From: Chiloscyllium plagiosum | Lineage: Eukaryota | DNA length: 64,000 nucleotides | NCBI RefSeq assembly: GCF_004010195.1 | Contig: NC_057719.1 | Span: 3,819,208 to 3,883,207, forward strand | Direction: 5' to 3' | In this document: positions 52,201-64,000 of the stretch, piece by piece | Position numbering within the stretch: the stretch's first letter is position 1 | Layout: each line of letters opens with the position of its first letter | The notes under the pieces: generated by a model | What the model was told of the DNA's origin: nothing | Seen by the model: only the letters and a program-made list of their open reading frames with translations | Databases searched by the model: none | Translations under genes and position numbers: made by a program

Positions 52201-53194
52201 TCTGAAAGCCCACAGAGAACTAAACAAAGAAAGAGGAGAAAAGAAAAAAAAGAGAACACCTGAAAACCTACCGAGCTTACAGAGGTAGTTGGAAGGGAAG
52301 CCCTACAGTTTAGGGTCTCGAGTTTACTGATAGAGGTGTTGTCTTTCAATCGAGACATTACACTGAGGCCCAATCTACCCACTCAGCCAGGCACAAACAA
52401 CCTATGGTGTTTTGAAAGAAGAGCAGGGGTGTCTCGGTGTCCAGTGTATCAGGGATGTGAGTTATTCTGTAACTATTGATATTAAAAAAGAAAAATCAGA
52501 TGACCATGCATTATCTTATTGCTGCCTGTGGGATCTTGCTGTGCACACATTTTGACTGGCATGCTTCCAATCTCATTCGTGACTTACATCTCACATTTAC
52601 TGTAAGACACTAATCTAGAATAAATCTTTGTACAAGCGCAGGTTATGTCAAACTGTGTTCATGTTAAATAGTTAGCAGAGTCAGGCCAAGTCCATGCCTG
52701 GAGCTTGAGCATAAGGCCAACACCCCAGGGATCCAGGATGACTTTTGGAGTGTGGGAAACATGAAGTATGCCATTAATAACTTCCTCGCTTCCTGACCTT
52801 GCCATAATCACCATTCTTTGCTCTCTAGATCTAATGTGGAGAGGAAGTCCAGAGACTTGCAGTACCATGGCATCCTGAATTCTCGGAATCAGGGCTAATT
52901 GCTTAACCTGCCTTTCCAGTGTAGGGCACCTGGGCATCTAAAATGAGGCAAAGATACCCCAATTTGCTGTTTTTAGTTGGCAAGTGTCGATATAAGAACG
53001 TGAGATCGTAACTGCTTTCTTTTAAATTAGGATTTGACCTGAAGTTCACATCTTTCTTTTGTGATATTTCGATCAAACTCAGAGTGGGGTGCAGAGCTCT
53101 TAGATAGATGATGGGGAGGAGGAATTCAGCAAGTGTTCTCTCTTGATTTCTGTCTAGCAAACCCTGGTCGAATAAAAAGTGCTAGAAATACTCA

Positions 53195-54175
53195 CCTTGA
53201 TCAGATGGGCTAATGGGTTGAGGAGTGTCAGATGGAGTTTAATTTAAATAAATGTGAGGTATTGCATTTTGGTAAGACAACTCAAGACAGGACTTATACA
53301 CTTAATGGTAAAGTCCTGGGGAGTGTTGCCGATAAAAAGACCTTGCATGCAGGTGCATAGTTCATTGAAGGTACAATCACAGGTAAACAGGGTAATGAAG
53401 AAGGCATTTGGTACACGTCTTTATTGGTCAGTGAAGTGAGTAAAGGAGCTGAGATTTCAGTTTGCGGGTGTACAGGAAATTGGTTAGGTCACTTTTGGAA
53501 AAAGTGAGGACTGCAGATGCTGGAGATCAGAGCTGAATAAATGTTTCCTGAAGAAGGGCTCATGCCCGAAACGTCGATGCTCCTGCTCCTTGGATGCTGC
53601 CTGACCTGCTGCGCTTTTCCAGCAACACATTTTCAGCTAGGTCACTTTTGGAATACTGCATTCAATTCTGGTCTCCCCTTCTATAGGAAAGATGTTGTCT
53701 GACTAAAAGGGGTGCAGAAAAGATTGACAAGGATGCTGCTTGGGCTGGAGGATTTAAGCTAGAGTGAAAGGCTGTGGCTATTTTTCCTGGAGATCAGAGG
53801 TTCAGGGGTGACCTTATAGAGGTTTATAAAATTATGAGGGGCATGGATAGGGTGAATAGCCAAGGTCTTTTTCATAAGGTAGGCAAATCCAAAACTAGCA
53901 GGCATAGGTTTAAGGTGAGAGGGGAAAGGTTTAAAAGGGACATAAGGGGCAATTCTTTCATGCAGGAGGTATGCAATGAGCTGTCAAACGAAGTGGTGAA
54001 GACTGGTACAATTACAATATTTAAAAGGCATCTGAAAGGGTACATGAATAGGAAATGTTTAGAGGGCTATGGGCCAAATGCTGGCAAATGGAACTAGACT
54101 AGGTTAGGATATCTGGTCGGCATGGACGAGTTGGACTGAAGTGTCAGTTTCCGAGCTGCACATCTCTAAGACTCT
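53195..54175 (+). mobile_element. HER1/CR1 3' part
   Basis: RFRGDLIEVYKIMRGMDRV and the HER1 tail. Confidence 0.9.
53501..53637. mobile_element. Family A insertion with an intact hammerhead core and an inverted 5' piece
   Basis: CTGAAGAAGGGCTCATGCCCGAAACGTC at 53548-53575; perfect 16 bp TSD TAGGTCACTTTTGGAA at 53485-53500 and 53638-53653. Confidence 0.85.
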
Positions 54176-56509
54176 GTCTGTGAATTAGTGTTTCAGGGTC
54201 ACTGATTTCTAAGTTAGTTATACATGAAGAACGCTAATGGCCTCTAATGTCACCTGTGGTTCAATGGGTAAAATTAACATCTCTGAGCCAGAAAGTTGAG
54301 AATTCAAACACCATTCCACACAGTTGAACATTTAGCGCAGACTGACATGTCCAATGCAGTACTAAGGAAGGGTTACATTGTGGGAGGGGTTATCTTTCTG
54401 AGAAAATGTTAAATCAAGAATCCTAGCTTACCCTCATAGGCTGATATGAAAATTGTAATGGCCCAAGATCCCTACTTTGAACAACAGATAACTTCTCCTG
54501 GGCTCCCAGTCAACGTGCAATATTTATCCCTCAAACAATATCACTGAAAATTTGTCATTTGGTCATTATCACATTGCTGTTTATGAGATTTGGATGAACG
54601 TTAATTGAAAGTCGCATTCCCAATAGTGACTACACTTTGAAAATATTTAATTGGCAATAAAGTGGGATGTCATGAAAGATGCTGTGTAATCACAAGTTCT
54701 TTCTTTCATTGTGATTCAGGTTCAGTTCACTTATTCAAGTGCTAAACCCATATATGAAATGAAACATTACATTAGATGCAAAGATATCTGGGTTAACGTG
54801 CCCCACATGAACAATTACACTTTTTATTGTGACCAGGTGACATGCATGAATTCCAAAGCGTCTCACGTCACTTAAGGGTATATAAACCAAACTAGTTGTT
54901 TCTTATAAAAGAAATAAAATGACGAAACAATTATTTACAGCAGTGGTCAGTACTTCTTAGTATAACAATTAATATTGCCACCTTGATTTCTAAGATGTTG
55001 ATCTGCAGGATATTGGGTCAGCCACACAGTGTGAGAATGAACTCAAGTGCATGTAAAAACAAGAAAGAGTGACAACTTCGAGTTTTACTGAATTCAGAAT
55101 CACATTTTGCTATGGTAAAGATTTGAAAACTTGATTTTTAAGTTGCTTGTCCAGTGCTATATCTATTAGGTCACCATACCTGATTGGTTGGATGAGTTTG
55201 GAGATGTTTAAAGTGGTTGATGACGTAAAGTTTGAATGGGTATAGAATTGGCAAATCAGTATAACATATAATACATCTCAAACTGGAGATCAGACTTTGG
55301 AGAAGGTGCAGAATAGATGTATTAGAATGGTAATATCTGTAACAGACTTAATGAGAGATTGAATAAGTTGCTCTTTTTTAGAGGATGAAGAAGTTTTTTT
55401 TCATTTGAGGGACCTTATGTGAAACTGGAGAAGTTGTTTTCCTTTCTCTCTTCAGAGAAAAGGTAAAAGGGAGATGGTTTGGAATGGTTTTGACAGTAAA
55501 TAAGGGGAAACTTCAAATGGAAGAAAAGTCAGCTACCAGAGCACATTAGTTTCAGATAACTGGCAAAGGAATCACACATGAAGAAATATTTATTTTAAGC
55601 AACGAGATGTTATGATCTGGCATGGTGGTGAAAGAGGATTCAATAATAACATTTGAAAGACAATTGAATAAATATTGAAGGGGAAAAATGTGTGGCTGTG
55701 AGGAAGGAGAGGCCGGGTCAGGGCAGTGAGATTAATTAAAGAACTGGCACAACACAAGGGGTCAAGTGGCTTCCTTACAGACATGTGAAGTAGAAGCAAA
55801 AGTCAACCATTTGACTGTCTAGTCTGCTCTGCTATTCAGTAAGATTATGACTAACCTGTTTATGTTTTGAATTCCACATTCCCATCCAGCCCTGAACACC
55901 CTTGATTCCCTGCCAAACAAGAATCTGTTCTGAGGAAGGGTCACTGAACCCAAATAATTAACTCTGCTTGCTCCCCACAGATGCTGGCAGACCTGCTGAG
56001 CTTTTTCCAGCGTGTTCTTTTTGCTTTTGATTTCCAGCAACCATAGTTCTTTTTTCTGTCTATGAACTTATCCATCTCCAACTTAAAAATATTCAGCAAC
56101 CCCTCTGCACTTTCTTCTGAGGCAGTCAGTTGTAAAGTCACATGACATTTTTAGAGAAAAAAATATCATCTCTGTCCTAAAAGGGTGACCCCTAATTTTA
56201 AAACCCTATTCTTCTGGACTGTACTCCCAAGAAAAAAACATTGTCTCCATGTCCACCTTGTCAGGACCATTCAGAATCTTATGCACTTCCAACCTGCAGT
56301 GGAAAGAAGTCCAGCCTGTTTAATGTTCCTCATAACACACTGCGTTTATTCTTGCTGTGCTGTTACATTGTAAGATTCCATGAATGCAGCTAAAATACTT
56401 CAATTTTGTCAGTAAACAGAATGAAACCCTACGAGGTTTATACAGGGGAATGCGCGCACCTGCAGATTCATCTGAACGGACAGGCAATTGAATACAAGGT
56501 AATCTCATT

Positions 56510-57150
56510 TTTAAAAATTCATTTGTGGGATGTGGGCGTCGCTAGCTAATCAGCATTTAATTTTCATGCTAAGTTACCCTTGAGAAGGTGATGGTGAGCT
56601 GCCTTCTTGAACCACAGTAGTATATTTGCTGTGGGTTGACCCACAATGCCATTGGGAAGGGACTTCCAGAATTCTGACTTAGTAACAGTGAAGGAATGGC
56701 GATATATTTCCTAGTTAGCATGGCGCGTGGCTTGGAAGGGAACTTACAGAAGGTGCCCGTGTCCTTCTAGATGGAAGTGATCGTGGGTTTGGGAGGTGCT
56801 GTCTGAGGATCTTTGGTATACTTCTGCAGTGCATCTTATAGATAGTACACACTGCTTCTATTGAGCATTGGTGGTGGAAGGAGTGGATATTTCTGGGTGT
56901 GGTGCCAATCAAGCGGGCTGCTTTTGTCCTGGATGGTATCAAGCTTCTCGAGTGTTGTTGGAGCTGCATCCATCTGTCACACTCCTGACTTGTGCCCTGT
57001 AGATGGTGGATGAGCTTTGGGGAGTCAGGAGGTGAGTTACTCAGCACTATATTCCCAGCTTCTGACCTACTGTTGCAGCCACTGTGTTTATGTGGCAAGT
57101 CCAGTTGAGCTTCTGATAGATAGCAACCCCCAGGATGTTGATAGTTGGGA
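56510..57150 (-). mobile_element. Second-family LINE 3' end
   Basis: Homologous to 34930-35900; KAARLIGT...AVCTIYKMHC. Confidence 0.8.
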
Positions 57151-57314
57151 CTTTGCACTCACAAAACCCTTAGTAAGTCAATCCCTATATTGAGGAGCAA
57201 TCTGATTGAACTGATCTATTTGAGCTAGTCAATAACCTACACCAATGCTTGGTGATAGCAGCCAATAGTACTTGTACAGTAGAGGTGTGGTATGGTGATG
57301 ACAGCCTGAGGTAT

Positions 57315-58550
57315 CATAGAGTCATTGAGACTTACAGGTCGGAAACAAGCCCTTTGGCCCAAACTGGCCCATGCTGACCAAAATGTCTGTTCACACTAAT
57401 CCGATTTCCCTGCACTTGGCCCATATCCTTCTAAACCTTCCCTATCCATGTATTTGTCCAAATGCCTCCTAAATGTTGTTAATGTACCCTCCTCAACCAC
57501 TTCTGCCGGCAGCTCATTCCATATGCGTACCACCCTCTGTGTAAAAACGTTGCCCCTCAGGTTCCCTTTTATTCTTTTCCCTCTAACCTTAAACTGATGG
57601 CCTCTAGTCCTCAATTCCCCAACCCTGGGAAAAAGACTGAGTGCATTCACCTTATCTCTGCCTCTCATGATCTTCTACACTTCTATAGGATCTCTCCTCA
57701 GTCTCTTTTGCTCAACAGAAAAATTTCCTAGCTTGTCCAACATCTCCCTATTACTCAGACCCTTGACTCCTGGCAATATCCTTGTAAATTTCTTCTGGAC
57801 TTTTCTGCAAAGTGAGATCTGGAACCACAGTTAAGTAGGATAAATTGGCCTTGGAGAAGTACAACATAGGCTTACAAGAATGATACCTGGCCTTCAGAGC
57901 ATAAGCTATGAGGAAATATTAGGCCTGTTGTCTCCAGAATTCAGAAGGTTAAGGTCTGATCTGATTGAAATCTTCAAGATGTTAGCATGAAAAGACAAGG
58001 TTGATAATGATAAACCATTCCCAATGGTTGGGGATTCTTGAACCAGGGGCATGAGAATTAGAGGAGAAAGTGAGGACTGCAGATGCTGGAGATCAGAGCT
58101 GAAAATGTGTTGCTGGAAAAGCGCAGCAGGCCAGGCAGCATCCAAGGAGCAGGCGAATCAAAGTTTCGGGCATGAGCCCTTCTTCAGGAATCTCAGGCTC
58201 ATGCCCGAAACTTCGATTCTCCTGCTCCTTGGATGCTGCCTGGCCTGCTGCGCTTTTCCAGCAACACATTTTCAGCATGAGAATTAGGGCTGGAACATTT
58301 AGGAGAGATGTTAGGAAGCATCTTTACACATAAAGGGTGGTAGATGTTTGGAACGTTCTTCTACCAACAGCAGTGGAAGTGAGATCAATTGTTAATTTTC
58401 AATCTGAGATAGATTGTTATTTTGTTAAGCAAATGTATTAAGGGATACAGGCCAAAGGGAAGCGTATGGAGTAAAGTCACAGATCAGTCATAATCTCATT
58501 GAATGATGGAACAGGCTCAAGGGGTTGAATGGCTTCCTCCTGTTTCTATG
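57315..58550. mobile_element. Two divergent CR1 3' ends (minus 57315-57805, plus ~57805-58550); the plus copy carries an inverted family A pair at 58062-58276
   Basis: GNVFTQRVVRIWNELP; TSD GCATGAGAATTAG around the insert. Confidence 0.85.
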
Positions 58551-59503
58551 TTACTATTACATAACATTGAAAATGTTGGTTGTACATTCCTTAACAAAAT
58601 AACTGAAACTAAAATATTCCTTGTTACAGTTATTTTCTTTTCCTCACAGAAGTTCTGTAGGCGTTTTGTCTGTGAATCAAGCATACTGCTTTTGAAATGA
58701 ATGCATTACTTCCATTTTAAGTGTGATGATTTAAAAATTGGATCCAAATAGGGACAAGAAATTCCATCTGTTTTTATAATCCCCAAAGGATACAGGGCTC
58801 TTGAAATGAGCTGATCCTTGTTTGCTGTTGCGAAAATGGTGGCAGGCCATGTTCTTAAATACTCAAAGTATTCCCATAAAAAGTACATTTGAGTAGGAAA
58901 TATGAGATCCTGGTATACACAGCAACCATGCTGCCCCTGAGGTGGCAGCAGTAAATATTGAAGGTAGTGAATGGGTGGAGGGCGGGGGGGGATGCTAATC
59001 AAGCAGGCTGGTCTGTACTGGGTGGTGTCATCTGGGCATCATGCAAGGATAGATAATCCAGCCCCTGGCCATATCTGCATTTGGTCTCAATAGTGTGAAG
59101 GAGACAGTGTTGGGAACAGCGAATACAGTACATCAGATTGAAAGAAGTACAAATGAAATGTTGCTTCACCAGGAAAGTGTATTTGGGGCCTAAGACTGTG
59201 AGGAGACAGAAGGTGAATGGATAAGTGGTACATCTTCTGCAATTGTGTGGGAAGATACCGTGAGGAAAGTGTTAGGAGTAATGAAGGATTGAACCAGGAC
59301 ACCACCGAGGGAACAGTCCCAGTGAATATGATTAATAAAGGGATTAAAGGTTACAGAGAGAAGGCAGTAGAATGGGGTCAAGAACTATATTAGCCATGAT
59401 TGAATAGTGGAGCATTCTCAATGGGCCAAATGGCCTAATTCTGCTCCTATATCTTATGGACAATGGTTCTCTACCCCCACAGCTTCCCTCACAAGAACAC
59501 TTA

Positions 59504-59597
59504 GCCTGATGAAGGAGCAGTGCTCTGAAAGCTTGTGATTTCAAATAAACCTGTTGAACTATAACCTGATGTTGTGTGACTTCTGACATTGTCCACA
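59504..59597 (+). mobile_element. Family B repeat with a hammerhead-like core
   Basis: CCTGATGAAGGAGCAGTGCTCTGAAAGCTTGTG...AAACCTGTTGAACTATAACCTG. Confidence 0.7.
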
Positions 59598-60199
59598 AGA
59601 ACAGAAGCAGTGAGGGACCATCATCACCTTCAAGTTCCCCTTCAGATTACAGTCTCTCCTGCCTTAACCATATTATTGTTGCGTGGTCAAAATCCTGGAA
59701 TTCCCGACTTAGCAATGTCTTTACTGCTACATCTTCTCAGAGCAACCAGGAGCAGGAAATAATCATGGCTGTGAACAAACTAATAAACAAACTACAAAAT
59801 TCTGCTTCACCAAAGAGTTAAACATTACATTCTTTGTATTTCCACCCCCACAAATCAAACTCTTCAGCATGTTGTCTAGATTACAGGCTCTCTCCTGCTT
59901 CTGTGTTTTCCATTGAGCTAGTTTCCACTTTAGAAAGCTTGGAGGTAATAATGAAGCAGAATATTAATAGACATATTATGTGGGAATTATGGCAAATATG
60001 TGAAGAATCTTTCTGACCTTGTCTTTTCATTCCAATCCAATGTGAACAAATGACTTTTTTTTAGAGAGGACAAGAGGGAAAAAGAATTTAATCTCATTCA
60101 TGTTGCCAGATGTAAGGATCTTTAAAATAATTATATTTCGATATTTTTTGAAGTGGTTAATTTGAATGTAAAGCAAATCTGTGATGCAACATACTTAGG

Positions 60200-61335
60200 A
60201 GTTCAATTTATGAGTTTTTAACTAATGAGAAGGATAACTTATGAGGGATGCATTTAGGAAGATCTGATTTATGGGGTGTGTGCTTATATAGGATTTGAAA
60301 ATGGAGGGGTTGATTTATGATGGTTTGATTTGTAAGGAACTTGACATATGAGGGAGCTAGATTTATGAAGGTCAGATATGTTGGGTTTGAAATATGGAAG
60401 GTTAATTTATGACAGTCTAATTTATGAGGACCCAATTTATGAGGGTTTGTTTTTGTAAGTTTTTGATTTCTGACTGGTATTGATTCACAGGGTTCTTTCC
60501 AGCAAGTTGATTTATGGGAGATTAATTTATGAGGTTTGAATGAAGAGGGGTTGATTTGAGGCATATTTATGATGATTTAATCTGTGAGGGGTTGTTTATG
60601 AGAAAAATGGTTTATGAAGGTTTTGATTTATAAGGGATTTTGATTTACAGGGCTTGATAGTGGGATGCTTCATGGAGGATTGGCTTGCACTGTGAGAGTT
60701 TATTTGTGAAGAAAATTAAATTGATTTGGAAAGGTTGATTTTTGTGTGTTTAGTCACAAGATGTATGATTGACCAAAAACTCAACTTTGAGGATTTGATT
60801 TATGAGGACTTTGATTACTTGGGAGGGTGGATTTACGAAAGGATTTTATTTATAGGATTGGAATTAGGAGGGGTTTGATTTGTTCAGAATCTGACGAGGA
60901 GTTTGATTTCTTTTGATTTGTCATACAAGAGGGGTATTGATTTATGAGGGGTTAGATTTATGAAGGATATTCATGAATAATTTTGTCAGCAAGAGGTTTA
61001 TTTAAAACATTAGGTGATTTATGAAGGGTTTTATTCCATGAAAGATTGATTCATGTGGTTTTGAGCTAACAGACGGTTTATGTATAATTGTTTGATTTTT
61101 CAGGATTTTTTGGGGGGTTCATGAATGAATGTTTGATCTGTAAGAGTTTACTTACTATAGAAATGGGTTGTGAGGGATTTTGATTTATGAAAGATTGTTT
61201 CGTGTGGTTTGTAGTTGAAAGAATATGATAAGTGAGCATCTGGGTATTAATGATCTGATTGGGGAGAGGCATTAGGGATTTATGAATGGGAAATCGTGTT
61301 TGACAAAATTGGATTTATTAAAAATATTCAATTAT
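60200..61335 (+). repeat. Degenerate minisatellite, core GATTTATGAGGG(T), period roughly 15-17 bp
   Basis: Many TGATTTATGA(G/A)G variants; strongly C-poor plus strand. Confidence 0.75.
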
Positions 61336-61865
61336 GGGATGCTGGCATCACTCCATTGGCTGCCCATCTCTAGTTGCCCTTGAGATGGTGGTGAGCTGTC
61401 TTCTTAAAACGTTGCAGTCCATGTGCTGTAGGAAGACCCACAGGGAGGGAATTCCAGGATTTTGACCCAGCAACAGCGAAGAAACAACAATATATTTCCA
61501 AGTCAAGATTGGGAATAGCTTGGAGGGGAACTTGAAGGCGGTGGTGTTCCCATATATCTGCTGCCCTTGTTCTTCTAGATGGAAGTGGTCATGGGTTTAG
61601 AAGATGCTGTCAGAGGAGCTTTGATGAATTTCTGCAGTGTATCCTGTAGATGGTACACACTGCTTCTACTGACCATCGGTGGTGATGGGAGTGGATGCTT
61701 GTGGATGTGGTGCTAATCAAGAGGGCTGCTTTGTCCTGAATGGTGTCAAGTTTCTTGAGTATTGCTGGAGCTGCACTCATCCAGGCAAGTGGTGACTCTT
61801 CCATCACAGTCCTGACTTGTGCCTTGTAAATGACGGACTGTGCTTGAAGTCAGGAGGTGAGTTAA
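61335..61865 (-). mobile_element. Second-family LINE 3' end
   Basis: ORF 61610-61807: LKKLDTIQDKAALLI...AVCTIYRIHC. Confidence 0.8.
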
Positions 61866-62020
61866 GAAATGGTTTCCTCTTAAGACTAGAGTCTAGGACC
61901 AGAGAGTACAATCTCAGAGTTAGGAGTCGCATGTTTAGGACAGAGAGGAGGAGACCTTTATTCTCTCAGAGGGTTGTGAATCTGTGTGATTATAATCTGT
62001 CTGAATTGGTGATGCTAAAT

Positions 62021-63196
62021 TGTGGGAATAGAATTACATTACTGTCCAATTTCAAAGCAGTTTCCCCTTTACATATCTTGATTTGTTGCCTACACACAGA
62101 CAGGCAGAAGACTGTACTTTATGATTTTTGATTCATTTTGCTCGTCAAAAGCGGCCTTGTTTATTCTCAGCAGAAAGGATATTCAGGGATGTGTAGGTTA
62201 GGTGTATTAGTCAAGAGTAAATGTAGAGTAATAATGTAGAGGAATGGGTCTGTTTGGGTTACTCTTCAGAGGGTCGGTGTGGACTTGTTGGGTCTAATGG
62301 CCTGTTTCCACAATGTAGGGATTCTTTGAATGATCTATCTATGAATAATCAGTAAATGGAATCAAAGGTTGTGGGGAAAAAAAACAGGAAAGTGGAGTTC
62401 AGACATGATCTCATTGAATGGTGGAACAGACTTGATGAGCTAAATGGCCCAATTTTGCTCTTACGTCTTATCATTTTGTAGATTATAAGGAGTTTAATTA
62501 ATGAGGGGTCATGATTTATGAGGTCTTTGATGTTTTAAGAACATAATTTCTGAGTGGTTTTATTTATGTGGCAAATATGTGATGAATGGTCATCTTTTCA
62601 TATCTGCTTCATCGTTTTCAAGATTTGGAAAAAAACATTTCTCAAAAGCATTTCAAAATTTTTGATTAAGAATGCATTTAATGGTTGCTATTTAGCAGGC
62701 AAACAACATTACTCTTCATGGCAACATCAAACTGTTAACTAAAGTATCATGTAGCAAATCTAGTTTGTTTTTAACAATTTATCCATTTTCTTCCACTTTC
62801 CATTCTCCTCACATACATCTGGAACAAAGTCATGATCTTTTGGCCTGACATTTAATGCGTGATTCATAGGACAACTCCAAACGTTCATTTTGAAATATGG
62901 CCAGCAATGTTGCAAGGTCAACTTAAGCTCAGGCTTGAGGGTCCAATAATTGTCCATGGGATCTTTGGGGTAAAGGAAGGAAAAAAAAATTCTTAAAAAC
63001 AAGAGAAATTATTTTTTTTAAACAAACAAGATCAATGCTCTTTTTGCTGAGAATAAACAAGGCTGCTTTTGATGAGCAAAATGAATCAAAAATCATAAAG
63101 TACAGTCTTCTGCCTGTCTGTGTGTAGGCAACAAATCAAGATATGTAAAGGGGAAACTGCTTTGAAATTGGACAATAATGTAATTCTATTCCCACA
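62021..63196. repeat. ~157 bp inverted duplication (62021-62177 and 63040-63196)
   Basis: TGTGGGAATAGAATTAC...CTCAGCAGAAAG is the reverse complement of CTTTTTGCTGAG...GTAATTCTATTCCCACA, with about 4 mismatches. Confidence 0.95.
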
Positions 63197-63789
63197 CAAT
63201 GCCAGGAATTTAGCAAGGTATTTGAGACAGCCACAGCACAGGAGATGAGTAAGGATCAGTGGGGACTGCTGTCAATTGTGTGTAATGGATCTGTAAGGCT
63301 GAAATGGGCCAGAGTGCAGCCAGAGTGCTCCCCTTCCATACTGATGGCCAGGAAAACTCAAGGCCTTTATTTTGAATAAACCTTTGGGAGATGTCAGACA
63401 GTGAGCACATTTTGAGGCATCCTAAAGCTTTCCCTCTACATCAGTAGCACCATCTCGCCCCTTGTGGGCCCTTGACCAGTTTGTCTTGAGGTCTCCAATT
63501 TGACCTCCAAAACTATCTCCTAATGTTCTTAATTGAACAGTGAACGGCTGTCCTTTGCAAGATAGCAGTGCAGACCATATTTCTGATCTATGTGGGTTAA
63601 CGACCTGCAGTGCATCTAACATTTGAAATCTCTCAAAGCTGATAAAATTTCACCTTAAATAAGCATTGATATTGACACTATACATTGAATTTGACAATAA
63701 ATGCATGACATTATTTTAAATAAGATGTGATAATTCCTTACTCCACATATGTGAAATGAAAATCCAATAAAACTGATGAATGAGCCATC

Positions 63790-63914
63790 CTGATGAAGGG
63801 CTTTTGCCCGAAACATCGATTTTCCTGCACCTCGGATGGTGCCTGACCTGCTGTGCTTTTCCAGCACCATTCTAACTTTACTCTAATCTCCAGTATCAGC
63901 AGCACCCACTTCCA
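63790..63914 (+). mobile_element. Family A repeat with a hammerhead core
   Basis: CTGATGAAGGGCTTTTGCCCGAAACATCG; flanking CTGATGAATGA direct repeat. Confidence 0.75.
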
Positions 63915-64000
63915 CCTGATGAATGAAACATACTGGTCTGATTCACCTTGTACATTTCAAAATGGAGCTCTAGTATCACTAATGTGTTCATTTCCAAGCG

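Larger units (their letters stand above)
31330..62962 (-). pseudogene. Decayed CCDC33-like (C2 domains plus coiled coil) gene remnant, dispersed in about 12 segments
   Basis: Collinear minus-strand peptides resembling human CCDC33 as recalled: 59937-59845 VETSSMENTEAGESL*SRQHAEEFDLWG; 58909-58710 QLISRALYPL; 53163-53050 LLDRNQERTLAEFLLPIIYLRALHP; 52937-52800 LIPR...GLP...MVIMAR; ~48500 SPINFPIS; ~45000 NTSFQ../SDILAIVI; ~41470 LTVDFIFGVCILNLCVNRGCIMVTS*DL; ~39120 QMQKW..EMVEIR; ~31400 KLENLQELD. Several have AG/GT boundaries; in-frame stops and frameshifts are present. Confidence 0.6.

Noticed and set aside
56412..56498. Plus-strand exon candidate (MKPYEVYTGECAHLQIHLNGQAIEYK, AAG|GTAATC) and a carrier-like ETLRGLYRGM in another frame
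   Set aside because: No partner exons were found; the carrier frame hits a stop; the minus-strand reading fits the collinear CCDC33-like series, though weakly
60208..60564. 118 aa ORF with PHKL repeats
   Set aside because: Translation of the minisatellite

Overview
AT-rich, repeat-dense eukaryotic DNA with four N-gaps. The repeats (HE1-type tRNA-derived SINEs sharing their 3' tail with HER1/CR1 LINEs) point to a shark or ray genome; this is inferred from repeat content. There is no intact long CDS, and most long ORF-track calls are gap artefacts or LINE fragments. Four things stand out. (1) At 4.56-8.69 kb a solo LTR is split at its TATA-like site by a ~3.9 kb head-to-tail stack of about 18 polyadenylated inserts. 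Most are 3' ends or internal pieces of a Tx1-clade non-LTR retrotransposon, and most are followed by an exact or degenerate copy of the target word (T/G)AAACAGGAGTGT. The stack also holds a SINE/Tx1 chimera and non-Tx1 inserts, and an empty related LTR lies at 21.2 kb. (2) Two families of short Penelope-like repeats carry minimal hammerhead-ribozyme cores, often as inverted pairs with 10-16 bp TSDs, including a ~480 bp palindrome. (3) About a dozen collinear minus-strand segments from 63 kb down to 31 kb resemble CCDC33 (C2 domains plus coiled coil) and contain stops and frameshifts, suggesting a decayed gene. This was matched from memory, not by a database search. (4) A ~157 bp inverted duplication flanks the first of those segments. 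All coordinates were read by eye, and element edges may be off by a few bases.
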